A stretch of DNA of 63,701 nt, the filler included, from Folioceros fuciformis (Eukaryota): the NCBI GenBank assembly GCA_049999805.1. It is 15 parts of 15 records of this genome, joined end to end, with 100 filler letters (N's around TTAATTAATTAA, not from the genome) between each part and the next. Parts side by side here need not be neighbours in the genome. Positions count along the whole stretch, not along the records: positions 36,440 to 38,634 come from JBNGIO010006714.1; positions 38,735 to 42,305 come from JBNGIO010006715.1; positions 42,406 to 45,385 come from JBNGIO010006716.1; positions 45,486 to 46,857 come from JBNGIO010006717.1; positions 46,958 to 52,152 come from JBNGIO010006718.1; 10 more parts are not named here. One strand, written 5' to 3'. Shown here piece after piece: positions 37,837 through 49,103 of the stretch; position 1 is the first letter of the stretch; each line of letters begins with the position of its first letter. The notes beneath the pieces are model-generated. The model saw only the letters and a program-made list of their open reading frames with translations. It did not search any database and was not told the origin of the DNA. The position numbers and the translations under genes are program-made.

Positions 37837-38502
37837 CTAGAGATGGAAGAGGCGCTTCTGCGCATCCAGGAGGTACTGGGTCTGCTTGGGCGTGATTCCG
37901 AATGCCTGCCCCAGAACATCTGTAGGGATGTCGGAACTCATGAGAGCGCTCACAAAGTTCTGAGCAGGAGAATACTGAGTGTTCAGAGCCGAAATGACCC
38001 AAGATGAACCGTCCGCCACATTCTTCATGAAAATCAGGGACCCCCGAGGAAACACAAAAACTTCTCCCTTCTTCAGAACGGTCTTGTACAACTTGTGGCT
38101 CTGAGACGGCACGAACGCCACCTCCAGCTCTCCCTCCACCAAGTAGATGATCTCGGTGGCTCGTGCATGGTGGTGAGGAGGGTTGAGGCCCCCCTTGCCA
38201 AAGTCGATCCTTTGCAATGCAATGCCCAAAGTGTTAAGCCCCGGGAAGACGTCCGCAAATCCGCTGGTGATGACGCAGCCCAGAGGATGCTTGCTGGTGT
38301 CGCCCGGCGTCACTAGGCCTGAGTATTTGAAGTCCTCAGCTGTGGTCTCTTCCAACGACTTGCAGGTGAACCCGTTGATGTGGGGGTTGGGGTTCTGGAC
38401 GTCCTTGGCCACACAAAAATCCTGCAGCGGATCGGGATCGGACGCTGCCGTGAAGCAAGCAACGAAGAAGAGCACAATAGACAAGATCACAACTAGCTGC
38501 AT
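37837..38502 (-). CDS. Germin-like protein paralog 2 lacking the box-2 histidine
   Basis: MQLVVILSIVLFFVACFTAASDPDPLQDFCVA; PPHHHARATE; FVFPRGSLIFMKN; mature protein nearly identical to paralog 1. Confidence 0.93.
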   Translation of the reverse strand: MQLVVILSIVLFFVACFTAASDPDPLQDFCVAKDVQNPNPHINGFTCKSLEETTAEDFKYSGLVTPGDTSKHPLGCVITSGFADVFPGLNTLGIALQRIDFGKGGLNPPHHHARATEIIYLVEGELEVAFVPSQSHKLYKTVLKKGEVFVFPRGSLIFMKNVADGSSWVISALNTQYSPAQNFVSALMSSDIPTDVLGQAFGITPKQTQYLLDAQKRLFHL

Positions 38503-38734
38503 CGTTGCGCACAGGAGGGGGGGGTCTCCCAGCGGGCAACGGCTGAGAATTTGGAGATAGGTTCTCAAATCGCAGACCTTGGACCGCTTTAAGTGAGCTG
38601 TAATGGAGATCGGAGTGGGCTGGAATGCTGAGTGNNNNNNNNNNNNNNNNNNNNNNNNNNNNNNNNNNNNNNNNNNNNTTAATTAATTAANNNNNNNNNN
38701 NNNNNNNNNNNNNNNNNNNNNNNNNNNNNNNNNN

Positions 38735-40312
38735 TTTCCGGATGTGGAAGCTGCAAGATGGGCGGAGGCCAGCTTCATGCAGCAGGACAGGGGCGGGCTT
38801 GGGCCGGGTCCTGCGTGGCAGCCGCACAGCATTGAGGACTACCCGGTGAGCGTGCTGTCCGAGAGCCAGTCGGAGGGTGAGCTGCCCGAGGACAGCGACT
38901 ACTTCAGCGGGGACTCCGACTCGGAGGTGGAGGGCTTTCAGGCCACGAGCAAGTGGTTCCAGCCCTTCTTCGATGCGCTTAGGAATCTGTCCGTGGAGCA
39001 GATGACGGAGTACGATAGGCAGTGGCATTGCCCTGCATGCAAGGGCGGGGTGGGTGCTATCGACTGGTACCGCGGCCTGCAGCCCTTGCTTACGCATGCG
39101 CACGCCATCAGGGCGAAGCGAGTGAAGCTGCACAGGACTTTTGCCAGTCTGCTGGAGGACGAGCTCAGGCAACGGGGCGCTGCGGCGTCGGCGGCGGTGG
39201 CCGGGAAGTTTGGGAAGTGGAAGGGGCTGCGGGAGACGGACGAGAGTTTGAATCCGCTGGTTCTGTGGCCGCCTATGGTGGTGGTGCAGAACACGAAGCT
39301 GGAGATGGATGAGCAGGATAAGTGGATTGGGATGGGGAACCAGGAGCTGCTGGACCATTTCCGGGAGTACAATGCCTTGAAGGCGAGGCATGCTTACGGG
39401 CCTCAGGGCCACCGTGGTATGAGCATTGTCATATTTGGGGACTCCCCGTCCGGGTACTACGATGCCCAGAGGTTGGATAGGGCGTTTAAGGAGGCGAGAA
39501 GGGGCAGGGATGATTGGTGCCGGCTGTCCAAGCAACTCTACCAGCCGGGTAGTAGTGGGCAGCGTATTTTGTATGGTTACCTGGCAACCAAGGAAGATAT
39601 AGAGGTGTTTAACAGGCACGGAAGGGGGAAAATGAACGTCAAGTGTGAGATGAAGAGACTGAACGAAACCGTCCTGGAGCCCATGCGGCAGCAAGATGAG
39701 GACTTTCATCAGGTCACTTATCTCAAGGACAAGGTTCAAAAGGCTCAGCAACATCGGAAGGAGTTGGAGAGGACCGTGTGTGTCATTACACGGCAGCTCA
39801 GGCTGCGAGAGGAGGAGATAAAGGAGATCCAGATGCGCGCGGAAGAGCAAAATGTCAAGAATAAGAAGAGTTTAGAGGACATGGAGAAGTATTTTGAGGA
39901 AATGCTTCAGACGTACAGGGACAAGGTGGCTTTGGAGGAGAACAAGGAGCAGGAGAAGCTGCGAGAAGCGTATGATAAGAATATAGAGGCTTGTCAGCGT
40001 TTAGAGACGAAAGCTTCAAAGCTCGAAGGTGCTGAACATCAGTTGGAGCAACGGAAGCTGGAGGAAGAGATTGCTAGGCAATCCCGTCTGGTTGAAGCAG
40101 GGCTAAGGCGGGCTGAGGAGTATGAGTCTCGAAAGAACGAGATTCAGCAGCAGTTTCATTTGCGGAAATTGGCATTAAGGCAGCAGCAACACGAGGAAAC
40201 ACTTGCGCTGGAGAGGGAGCTTGAAAGTGAAAGAGGCAATATTCTCAATGACTATAAGACGGACAGTCAAAGGCTTTTCACCCAGTTTGGTAGTTACCAG
40301 AACTCTGGCTAG
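38735..40312 (+). CDS. SGS3: SUPPRESSOR OF GENE SILENCING 3 homolog (zf-XS, XS, coiled coil), 5' truncated, no intron in view
   Basis: RQWHCPACKGGVGAIDWYRGLQPLLTHA; VLWPPMVVVQNT...WIGMGNQEL...ARHAYGPQGHRGMS; LYGYLA; long coiled-coil C-terminus. Confidence 0.95.
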   Translation, partial: FPDVEAARWAEASFMQQDRGGLGPGPAWQPHSIEDYPVSVLSESQSEGELPEDSDYFSGDSDSEVEGFQATSKWFQPFFDALRNLSVEQMTEYDRQWHCPACKGGVGAIDWYRGLQPLLTHAHAIRAKRVKLHRTFASLLEDELRQRGAAASAAVAGKFGKWKGLRETDESLNPLVLWPPMVVVQNTKLEMDEQDKWIGMGNQELLDHFREYNALKARHAYGPQGHRGMSIVIFGDSPSGYYDAQRLDRAFKEARRGRDDWCRLSKQLYQPGSSGQRILYGYLATKEDIEVFNRHGRGKMNVKCEMKRLNETVLEPMRQQDEDFHQVTYLKDKVQKAQQHRKELERTVCVITRQLRLREEEIKEIQMRAEEQNVKNKKSLEDMEKYFEEMLQTYRDKVALEENKEQEKLREAYDKNIEACQRLETKASKLEGAEHQLEQRKLEEEIARQSRLVEAGLRRAEEYESRKNEIQQQFHLRKLALRQQQHEETLALERELESERGNILNDYKTDSQRLFTQFGSYQNSG

Positions 40313-40624
40313 GTGGCAGGGTAGTAGTATTCAGCAAATCTCCATAATGTCCCTTTTTTTTGTTTTAACAGTTCAGTGTCTAGTTCTGCGTTTGGTTTGC
40401 ATCAGAGCTTTGCTCTTGCAAGCTGTGATCAGTTGAAGACAGTCACCGTCTAGGGCAGAAACTTCGGGATGCTGTATTCAATAAACTGTACTTGATGGAT
40501 GATGAATTAATAATCTGAACTAAATGGATGATTAAATACCCTTGGATCTGGGAAACCGGCAAGGTTGTTTTTGGCAGGACTTCGAATGAGTACCAACGCC
40601 AAACACGTGAATCCACGCTCCCAT

Positions 40625-42305
40625 TCAATGCTTCTGATTAAGTCTCAAGCTCTTAACTCCCCAAGGGACATCTTCACAGTGCCGGATAAATGGAATGTCC
40701 GCACTGAAGTCTGAAAAGCCTCCATCGGAAGTGCAACCCACCAATGGTGCCGCATGAAAGCAAGGCTCCATGGAATGAGATGGGAAGCAGACAGGCAGAG
40801 GCATACTCTCGCTTCCATCTTCGCCTTTGCTCAGGACGTATGGTTGAACGCCAGCCAGTCCCTGCGCGGAGTAGCCGAAAGTCGACCACGAACTCGTGAT
40901 CAGCTCATCGCTCAAGGACAGCAGCAGTATTTCCGTCCAAGCAAGCATGTTATGCGCTTTGCTCTCAGAGTTCTGCTCGCCTTCACGACTCAATTGGTGG
41001 AGGCTCACCACCTCTCCGTTCTCTGTTGGCCCCTGTAGATAAAGGTGTTTCAATTCATCATGATACTGTCCTTTCAGAGAAGTCACGAAGACGGTCACCC
41101 TTGTTTTTGATGGGACTGCACGAGGCAAGACACCATTTCGTTGGAGCGAGAGAATCCTCTGTGATGATCTTCCAGCTGAAGGACTCCCTGGGCCAGCACT
41201 AAAGGACACATTCGGAAGCACCCTGTTCTGGATGCCGCAGAGCAGAGCTTGCTCGGACACGTAGTCAAATCTGTCCCCATAAGATCCAAAGGTGCGCAGC
41301 TGCAGGCCCACCCTCCGATCTGCCGTACGTAGATAAGCATCAAAGTAACGCGTCACAACCTCCCAGATCTGGTTCGCGGGATGGAACAAATACCTTGCTA
41401 AAAGATGGAAAACGGTATCTGGTTGTGGGAAAAGCGTTTGCAGCTGACTGTGGAAGTTGTCCATAGCATACAGGGCAGGCGCAAAGTACTGATTGGATCT
41501 TATGAAGAGCCACGAAACAGAGGCCAGTCTCTGTTGCTGTATCTCGTCAAAGAAGAGATTGTCATGACAATTTGAGCTGTGAGTCAGATGAATATAAGCA
41601 AAAGGAACGGCCCGCCCGGTGGTCTTATCCCGAAACTTCTGGTTCATTGTTTCCCAGGAGCCAGAACTCACCAACTGACCATGTCGCAAGGGGTGAGTTT
41701 CATTCAACTGCTGTAACCAATCTTGAGGCAACCGGTGAGACAGAACCCAAGAAGATCCAGAAAAGGGCTCGCAGAAGAAGGCGGGCAAGTGACCACTGCT
41801 GCCAATGAGGAGCACCCTATTTGTGAGCAGCGAGTACAGAAAAGCCGAAGCGATTGACACCAAGTTGTTTCCCAACCCGCTGTACTGAATCCAGACAAGG
41901 AAGCGGCAGTCGGTGACATTCGAATTTGTGATGAGGGTCCCAAACAGCTGTTGCCATCTCTGTTCAGCAGTCGAACCTTCCATTCTGTCCAACAGATTTG
42001 AGACCAACTGAGTGCATTCCGCATGATGGGAGGCGTAACTCCTCAACCTTGAAATCAAGCTTGCCGATGGTCTGTGTTTTGTTGCTTTGTAGTAAGCCTT
42101 CTGTTCAGTCCGGCTCCTGCAAGAAGCGTCCGGAGGGAGCAAATCTCCGAAAAGCCCGCCCTCTACGACAACAGAAGAGCAGCAGAGTCAGATCCGCACC
42201 TCAAACCGTCCAATCTCACATGACTTGAATTCAAGCATCCTACCCCCAACCTTGGTAGCGCCAATCGGTGAAGTAATTCGCTTGCGACGCCACGGTGGCA
42301 CTGAG
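40625..42305 (-). CDS. GT37 xyloglucan/arabinogalactan alpha-1,2-fucosyltransferase, 5' truncated
   Basis: SGLGNNLVSIASAFLYSLLTNRVLLI, FFCEPFSGSSW, VFHLLARYLFHP.N, RVGLQLR, LSLSDELITSSWSTFGY, SMEPCFHA, HCEDVPWG; intron about 42165-42251. Confidence 0.93.
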
Positions 42306-42445
42306 NNNNNNNNNNNNNNNNNNNNNNNNNNNNNNNNNNNNNNNNNNNNTTAATTAATTAANNNNNNNNNNNNNNNNNNNNNNNNNNNNNNNNNNNNNNN
42401 NNNNNCCCTCAGATTGAATACGAAATTGTCTGGAAATCGACTCCG

Positions 42446-44556
42446 ATGGCAGCACAGCGACGTGTTACGTTTGAAGATTCGTCGGAGCAAACAGCGCCAT
42501 CGTTGTTACATGAAACCCTGGATACCGGAGGCTCCGACGCAAGGAAGGAAGGCGAGGCTGTCAGCTCTGAGGCCGTGGTAGGCAAGGAAGGGCTGCCTTT
42601 GCACACTCAGTTTGGTGAGAAGGGGACTCTAGAGCCATTTTTGACCAAGGTCCAGAAGGAGAACTGCAAAATTGCTCTCAAGATGTTGCGTGAAAAATCC
42701 CAGGGCAGTTTAGGGAAGAGGAAGATTGATGAGGCTTTTGAGGCAATTCAGGTGCGTCGATTTGCTTATGGACATGGTCCGTGTTCTGGCTTATGGATGG
42801 CCGTTTTGTTTGCTTTTCTGGGGGCACAGCAATTGCAGCAGCTTGGAACGCGCAAGCTTGCATCTCGCTTACGTTGTGAAAGACGACCAATCTATGAGCA
42901 TATGAGGCATGAGTTGTCAGCTCGTCGTGTGGCATGATGGAATCAAGTTTCTGTGCTGGAAGCTCTCCCATCTGGATGGAAGCACTGGCGCGAGACAGAG
43001 TTTGCAGGTTTTTGTTTCAGCCTCCTGCTTATCTGACCGCAGTTGGACACGCAATGGTTGGTAAGCAAGACCTTCGGTGAGGCACAGCGGCCCATCAATG
43101 TTATGAAGAACCGTTTCCGGATGATTTATCCTTGTATCCTCGAGGGTCAGTCGTTGAAAGCAAGTCTAGGATTGCGATTTGGAACGTAAGCACGTCATTC
43201 AAGGGCTTGCTTGTAGCTCTACCTTGACAAGGAATGCAGATGATGACACAAGGGTTGTAATAAAGGTTCAGCAGGGGTCATCCGAGGATCGGACAGACTA
43301 CATCAACGCTTCCCACATTGAGGTAGGTATACCGATTCTTGTCCCGGCTGGTGCATTTGTGTCTGCGCTTCTGACAAATTATGCTCACATAAAATGCATC
43401 GCCTTGTTACGTCATTCATGTGCTACAGGACCCTGCAGTTCGAGGCATACCAAAGTTTATAGCAACCCAAGCTCCTCTGAAGCACACTGTGTTGGACTTC
43501 TGGGAGATGGTGTTCCAGCAGAATTGCCCAGCAATCTTCATGTTAACTCCCGGCGATCCTTCTGTACGCACGTTTGCCTGGTTCTCTTCCGCAAAATGAC
43601 CTTGAACTTGCCAAAATGAAAAATGGAGAGGGTCCTTGTTGCCTCTGCACTGTAGGGAAGGCCGTATTACCCACCCGACATCAATGAACATATGGTTCAT
43701 GGCAGACTACGTATCACCAACCTAGGTTCACAGCCGCGGCAAGGTCCTATTGTGGCGAGATTCTTTTTGGTGCAAGATATCATGGTAAAACTCCATCCAA
43801 GACAATCCCCTCTGATTTCTTAGTTACGAAGACACCTCCACAATTCAGTCCACACACGTGGTGTGCAGCCGTCCTCTACAGATGCAAATGCACTTGCCCT
43901 AATACACTTCTCTTTCGTGGATGAACAATTCTCAGAACAGGGACGATGAGCAGCATATTGTGCACTACCAATACCGTGACTGGCCAGACTTCGGAGTCCC
44001 GCCGAGCACAACTGTTATCCGAGAACTTTTTAAGTGTATATACCCCTTCCCTAAAAACGAGGGGCCTTTTTTGGTGCACTGCAGGTTAGCAGCTCGGCTG
44101 TCCTGGCCCCCTTCAAACTATTGTCTGATAAAACCGCCGGCTCATGTTCTGCCACGCTGGGTTTCAGAGCTGGAATCGGAAGAACTGGTACATTCATCAC
44201 TATAGTGGACACTATATACAGAATCCTGAACGGCGATTTCTCGGCGTTGGATATCCATAAAACTATCGCCATGCTGAGAAGGCAACGCATGGGCTTGGTC
44301 GAAACCCTGGTAAGTAGAGTTGTTTCCTCCCGGACTGAACTGCAATGTAAGTGCTGGGATGGTCGTTGACCTGTGCCGGCCGGACGTATGCATACGACCC
44401 ACACAGGAGCAGTACAGGTTCTGCTATCAGGCTGTGATGGACGAGGTGCAGGAGCTTTCAAGCAAAGATTACCTGGGCTGGCTAAAGCACAATGTGGTGA
44501 AGGGCAGCTACCACATACCTTGGGCCCAGCGGACATACAACATAAGCACATTGTGA
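42446..44556 (+). CDS. PTP1: Classical protein-tyrosine phosphatase (PTP1-like), multi-exon, with atypical motifs
   Basis: [50 protein letters not shown](R)[25 protein letters not shown]. Confidence 0.88.
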
Positions 44557-45070
44557 TCAAAACCCAGCTAGCTCCTTGGCAGTTTGCAGGTTGACTTCAG
44601 ATTGTGAGCGGTGTAGAGTCCGAATCTTTGACGCAGCGAGAGTGGCTAGGTACAGTGAAGAGCTTGAGGAACACACCTGGGCTCCTAAATTTAGCGAAAC
44701 GTGGTCGCCATTTCTCAACTTCCTTCGCAATCCATCTCCACTCAGATATCAGGATGCACGAAGTTTCCGGAAGCTGCACATCCGAGTACTGGGTGCTTTA
44801 TGCGGCAAGGCAGCTAGCTGGCCACGATGCCATCCCCCCTGTTACGTGAGCTCCAGCAAATGAAACTATTACGAGGCGACCGGGTCAGGCTCCCCCGCGC
44901 CCGGATACGCCTTAAAAGGCGAAGGCAGGGGGAGGCGGATTCATCTCGCTCGCCTGGGGCGGGTTGCACTGTGCTGCAATCTCTTCGTCGCCCGCGCTTA
45001 CACCTATCGCCCATCTTCGCACGCACTCGATTTCCGTTCATTGTTTATCGCACAGGATAGGATCGGCGAC

Positions 45071-45385
45071 ATGGAGAGATCGAGGATGTGTGCGCTGCTG
45101 CTCGCCCTGGTGGTGCTCAACGGGTCCGTGTGCCAGATCACAGTGCGGGCCGCTCCCCTGAACCAGGACCCCGACCTGGATTTCGAGGAATGGCTGGCAG
45201 CCATCAAAGCCGGCCACAAGCAGACTTACGACTACTCCAGCAACGCGGCTCTGGACGGACCCCAGCCCGACGATGCAGGCCCCTTGTCTCTCACCGCCGC
45301 CCTGCCCAAAGACACTAAATCCATCCTCGTGGTGGCCAAGGATGGGTCCGGGGACTTCAAATCCGTGCAGGCCGCTGTGGACGCC
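45071..45385 (+). CDS. Pectin methylesterase N-terminus (no PMEI pro-domain), 3' truncated
   Basis: Signal peptide, then VVAKDGSGDFKSVQAAVDA. Confidence 0.85.
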
Positions 45386-45485
45386 NNNNNNNNNNNNNNN
45401 NNNNNNNNNNNNNNNNNNNNNNNNNNNNNTTAATTAATTAANNNNNNNNNNNNNNNNNNNNNNNNNNNNNNNNNNNNNNNNNNNN

Positions 45486-46857
45486 TGATTGCCAAAGAGT
45501 GAGTAGTCTATCACGTCGAGCCGGGGGATCAACTGACGTGAGAGGATCGCCGCACGAAGCATAAATATCTTCAATAGATTTCCGTCGTGGATGAACGCGC
45601 ATCGCCAAACCACGATGTCGAGGAGGCACGGGGTTGGGCTCTATCTTCACAGGTGCAGAATAGAACTCTTCTCCACTTGAAGGATGAGAAAAAACTGTAG
45701 AAAAATCTGCACAAAAGGGGATCTCCTCCTTGTGTTTTTGGTCTTGAGTTAACGGAAGAATATCGTTAACTAAGCCCGAAAAACCAAACGATGCCCGCGC
45801 CGTTTCGTGGCCGGAGCCCGTAGAAACCTGCGGCGCCCGTGCCGTTTCGCCGAGCACACGGCGATTCGGGCTAGGCGCCCGTGCCGTTTTGCCGGGCACG
45901 CCGATTCGCCACGCGCTCGCGTCCGAGAGTGTGTGAACACCGGCGCGCTGAGGAGCGAGGGCTGGGGACGGGCTGAGATGCTGGATGTGGTCGCAGACTC
46001 GGCAATTTCCTGGTGCTGAGCAAGCGAGCCTGGGCGCCTCCCCCTGCCTGCCAGATAAACAGGAATTCTGACGGTACTGGCGTGAATTCTGACCAGGATT
46101 TGGGGTGCTGGTGCAGAATGTCCGCAGATGAGAGCCTCTGTTCTCCTCTGCCTCTAATCTCGAAATCCCGCTATCATGTCCATCCTTACCAAGACCAGAT
46201 TTGGTAGAAGAGGGCAGATGAACAGGGAATTCGACACCCATCTTGGTGCTGATCCTAATCCAAAGATGGCTGTCCGAGGGAGAGGAGGAGGGCGAGTTTG
46301 CCTGGGCAATCGCCCCTCAGAATGGCGAGAAGACCGGTTGCTGGATCGACGGGATCTCGCCATAATTTTGGGGACAGAACGCGTGCTGAGGCTGAGCGCA
46401 CGGTGAGGGGAGAGGCGTGGGTGCCTCTCCCTTTTATCCTAAGCCACATCGGGCGCAGTACGCTTGATATCACCAAAACATATGGAGATTTTGAACGTGC
46501 TCGAAGATGGGGTTGCGAATAGCCCGCCTTCAGTTAGAACTCCTTTGTTAAGCGCCCGTGGGTTGGATCAGGACTTAGATGGGGGTCCAACCATGTGCGC
46601 ATTTTCTCTTTTTTTTGTTTTTGTTTGAAGGCTTGTATAGCCTAGACACTCTATTACCTAGACATGCTAGAACTATAAACCTTCCTTGTCCTAGAGATCT
46701 TCCTGCCTAGAAACTACGAAGGCAAGCAAGCATGCTGCCTAAGCATACTAGTGCACGGAATCTTCTGGACTAAAATGAGCATAGGCTTTTAGAGCATGGC
46801 TCTGATACCAAGTTAGAAATGCTAATGCGGAAGAAGATGCACCGAAGATGATCTATT
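45486..46857 (-). mobile_element. 5' part of an LTR retrotransposon: LTR end (46811-46857), tRNA-iMet PBS (46799-46810), degenerate gag-like ORF
   Basis: TGGTATCAGAGC on the minus strand; ORF with decayed zinc knuckle CRVCDHIQH; short internal gcccgtgccgttt repeats. Confidence 0.6.
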
Positions 46858-46957
46858 NNNNNNNNNNNNNNNNNNNNNNNNNNNNNNNNNNNNNNNNNNN
46901 NTTAATTAATTAANNNNNNNNNNNNNNNNNNNNNNNNNNNNNNNNNNNNNNNNNNNN

Positions 46958-47115
46958 TCTTCAGGAAGTTCTTGGATCGCGGCTCTTCAGGAAGTTCTTG
47001 GATCGTGGCTCTTCAGGAAGTCTTGGATCGCGGATCTTCAGGAAGTTCTTGGATCGTGGCTCTTCAGGAAGTTCTTGGATCGCGACTCTTCAGGAAGTTC
47101 TTGGATCGCGGCTCT
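46958..47115. repeat. 26-bp tandem array derived from the gag C-terminus (also 52105-52152)
   Basis: tcttcaggaagttcttggatcg(c/t)ggc about 6 times; single copy in the homologous element at about 53495-53520. Confidence 0.9.
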
Positions 47116-48780
47116 TGGAACATGTGGATTAGCAGGCTCTTGGAACATGTGGATTAGCAGGAACCATATTCAAGTTGGGAGTTCCAACATGAAGACAATT
47201 CCTAGCAAAGTGTCCATGTTCTCCACAACTATAACACAAACCATAGGTAGGCACTACTCATTGTCTTTCACGACCTCTATCATCACCTTTACCTTGGCCT
47301 TTGATAGCAGTCTCATTAGTTCCACTATTCACAGTGACGGTGGCTCATCCTCTACCTCTAAATCTATCTTGAGATCTAGGATATCTTCCTCTTCCTCTTG
47401 AGACTAGAGCCTCCTGAACAAACATGTTTGGCATGGCATTGTTGCTACCATAGCCTCTTGTAGCATCTAAGGATTACTTGACACTATCATGTTTTAAGCC
47501 TACCTCTTAAGGCCAATAGTGAGCTTGTGAAGTTTGTCTAATTCATGCATCTCCAAACATTGCAAGACAACATAGCTAAACTCACTCACATACTCCCACA
47601 AAGTTCTAGTATGCTTGACATTGTTGAGCATCCTTCGTGCCAAACTCGCAGCATTAGCGGGTTGGAAACGGAGTTGTAGCGCTTCCTTGAAGTCTACCCA
47701 TGTGAAGATTGTTGCTCTACGATTATCTTACCTTACACTCTCTATGTGACGTCCTCCACCAAGCAAGAGCATAATCCTCCAACAAATTCGTGATGTGCTT
47801 CAAGTACTTGTCTTGCGGCACTCCGCATGACTCCAGGTATGCTTCCAAAGAGAAAAACCAAGAACTGATTTTCTCTATGGCACAATTGCCTTTGTACTTC
47901 TTAGGGGCCTGAACACTTAGGTTAAACTTCTTGGACTTCTTGGAGGCACTAATCTCTAGCCCAAGCTCTACTTCTTCTAGCTCTTCTTCAATGAGTTTCA
48001 TCTGCCTTTGATCTCTTCATGATTTCTAGAGCTAGTCCTCTATGGTGGTGGCGGTCCTTTCCTTCAAAGTTCCTTCCTTTGCTGTTCTCATAACTTAAGG
48101 ATCTGCCTATGAGTCTTCCACAATGGCTTCGGAAAGCGGAGCCTTATCTTTCTTGCGGCATACTCTCTCTGCTCTACTTGGCTTAGCAAGATCTACCATC
48201 TCTAACCAGCGTACTAGTCAAGGATGCTTCAACCTATGCTTTGATACCACCAAGTAACACCCTCTTTAGCAGGTGGGGCAAAACCAAGAGTGATAATTAA
48301 ACACCAGAGACAACACTGAGCCTCCAAGTAGCCTGCCCTCCTCTCCTAGGAGGACTCGCAACCAGCACCCTTGGTGCTGCTCTTTTTTTCAAAACCACAA
48401 GTCAACAAGAACATATAGAGTCGGAGGGTTAGAGAGAACTCCCCATCTTAGCCTAAGCTAGGAGCTTAGTTCTCCCTTTTCTTGACCTCCTCCACAAGCT
48501 CCTTCACAATACACCCCTCAAGTGCTCATAGCCCAAGCAATAAATCTTGTCAAGGCGTAGCCTGAGCACCTAGTGCTTTCAAGGCTTTAAAGGGATAGTC
48601 ACTATCCTTAGCCCTCCGCTAAGTCCCCTTTTATACTCAAGCTCTAGTTATAGCTTAATAACTACTTACTGGATTTCTAAGCTATTATTTACTACCACAC
48701 ACTTCCTAGGGCCACATGCTTATCATGCTCTCAGTAAGCTGCTCCACTATAAATGCTTTTGCATGGAGCTTTCTTGCTTT
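46958..48780 (-). mobile_element. Degenerate Gypsy gag, PBS (48238-48249) and partial LTR (from 48253); same family as 52455-55251
   Basis: KISSWFFSLEAYLESCGVPQD, ALAWW, LQLRFQPANAASLARRML; TGGTATCAAAGC; LTR aligns with 54640+ and 55581+. Confidence 0.9.
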
Positions 48781-49103
48781 TGTTAATTCTTTTCCCCGAC
48801 TTCACATCTAGTCATCCAATAGAGAGTGATAATGTCCTTTATTCTGGCAAAGGTCGAGGTAGAGGCAGAGGACGTGGACATGGTGGTTGAGGGGGCTTTG
48901 GTAGAGGACATGGTAAGTCTTCGCAGCCCAATTCAAATTCCTCAGGAGAGATGCACGATAGCGATGATGGAGGAGGCGCCGGGTAGGGGCTAGCTCGGTG
49001 GCTTGATGGAGGCGAAGAGCCCCCAACGGGGGGGCTCAACAGTTGGCACATGGGCGGCAGTCGTCGGTTTGTGTGCTAATAAACAGAAGATCAGGGGAAA
49101 AAT

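Noticed and set aside
46958-47115. CRISPR-like array of 26-bp repeats
   Set aside because: No unique spacers and no cas genes; unit derives from the gag C-terminus.
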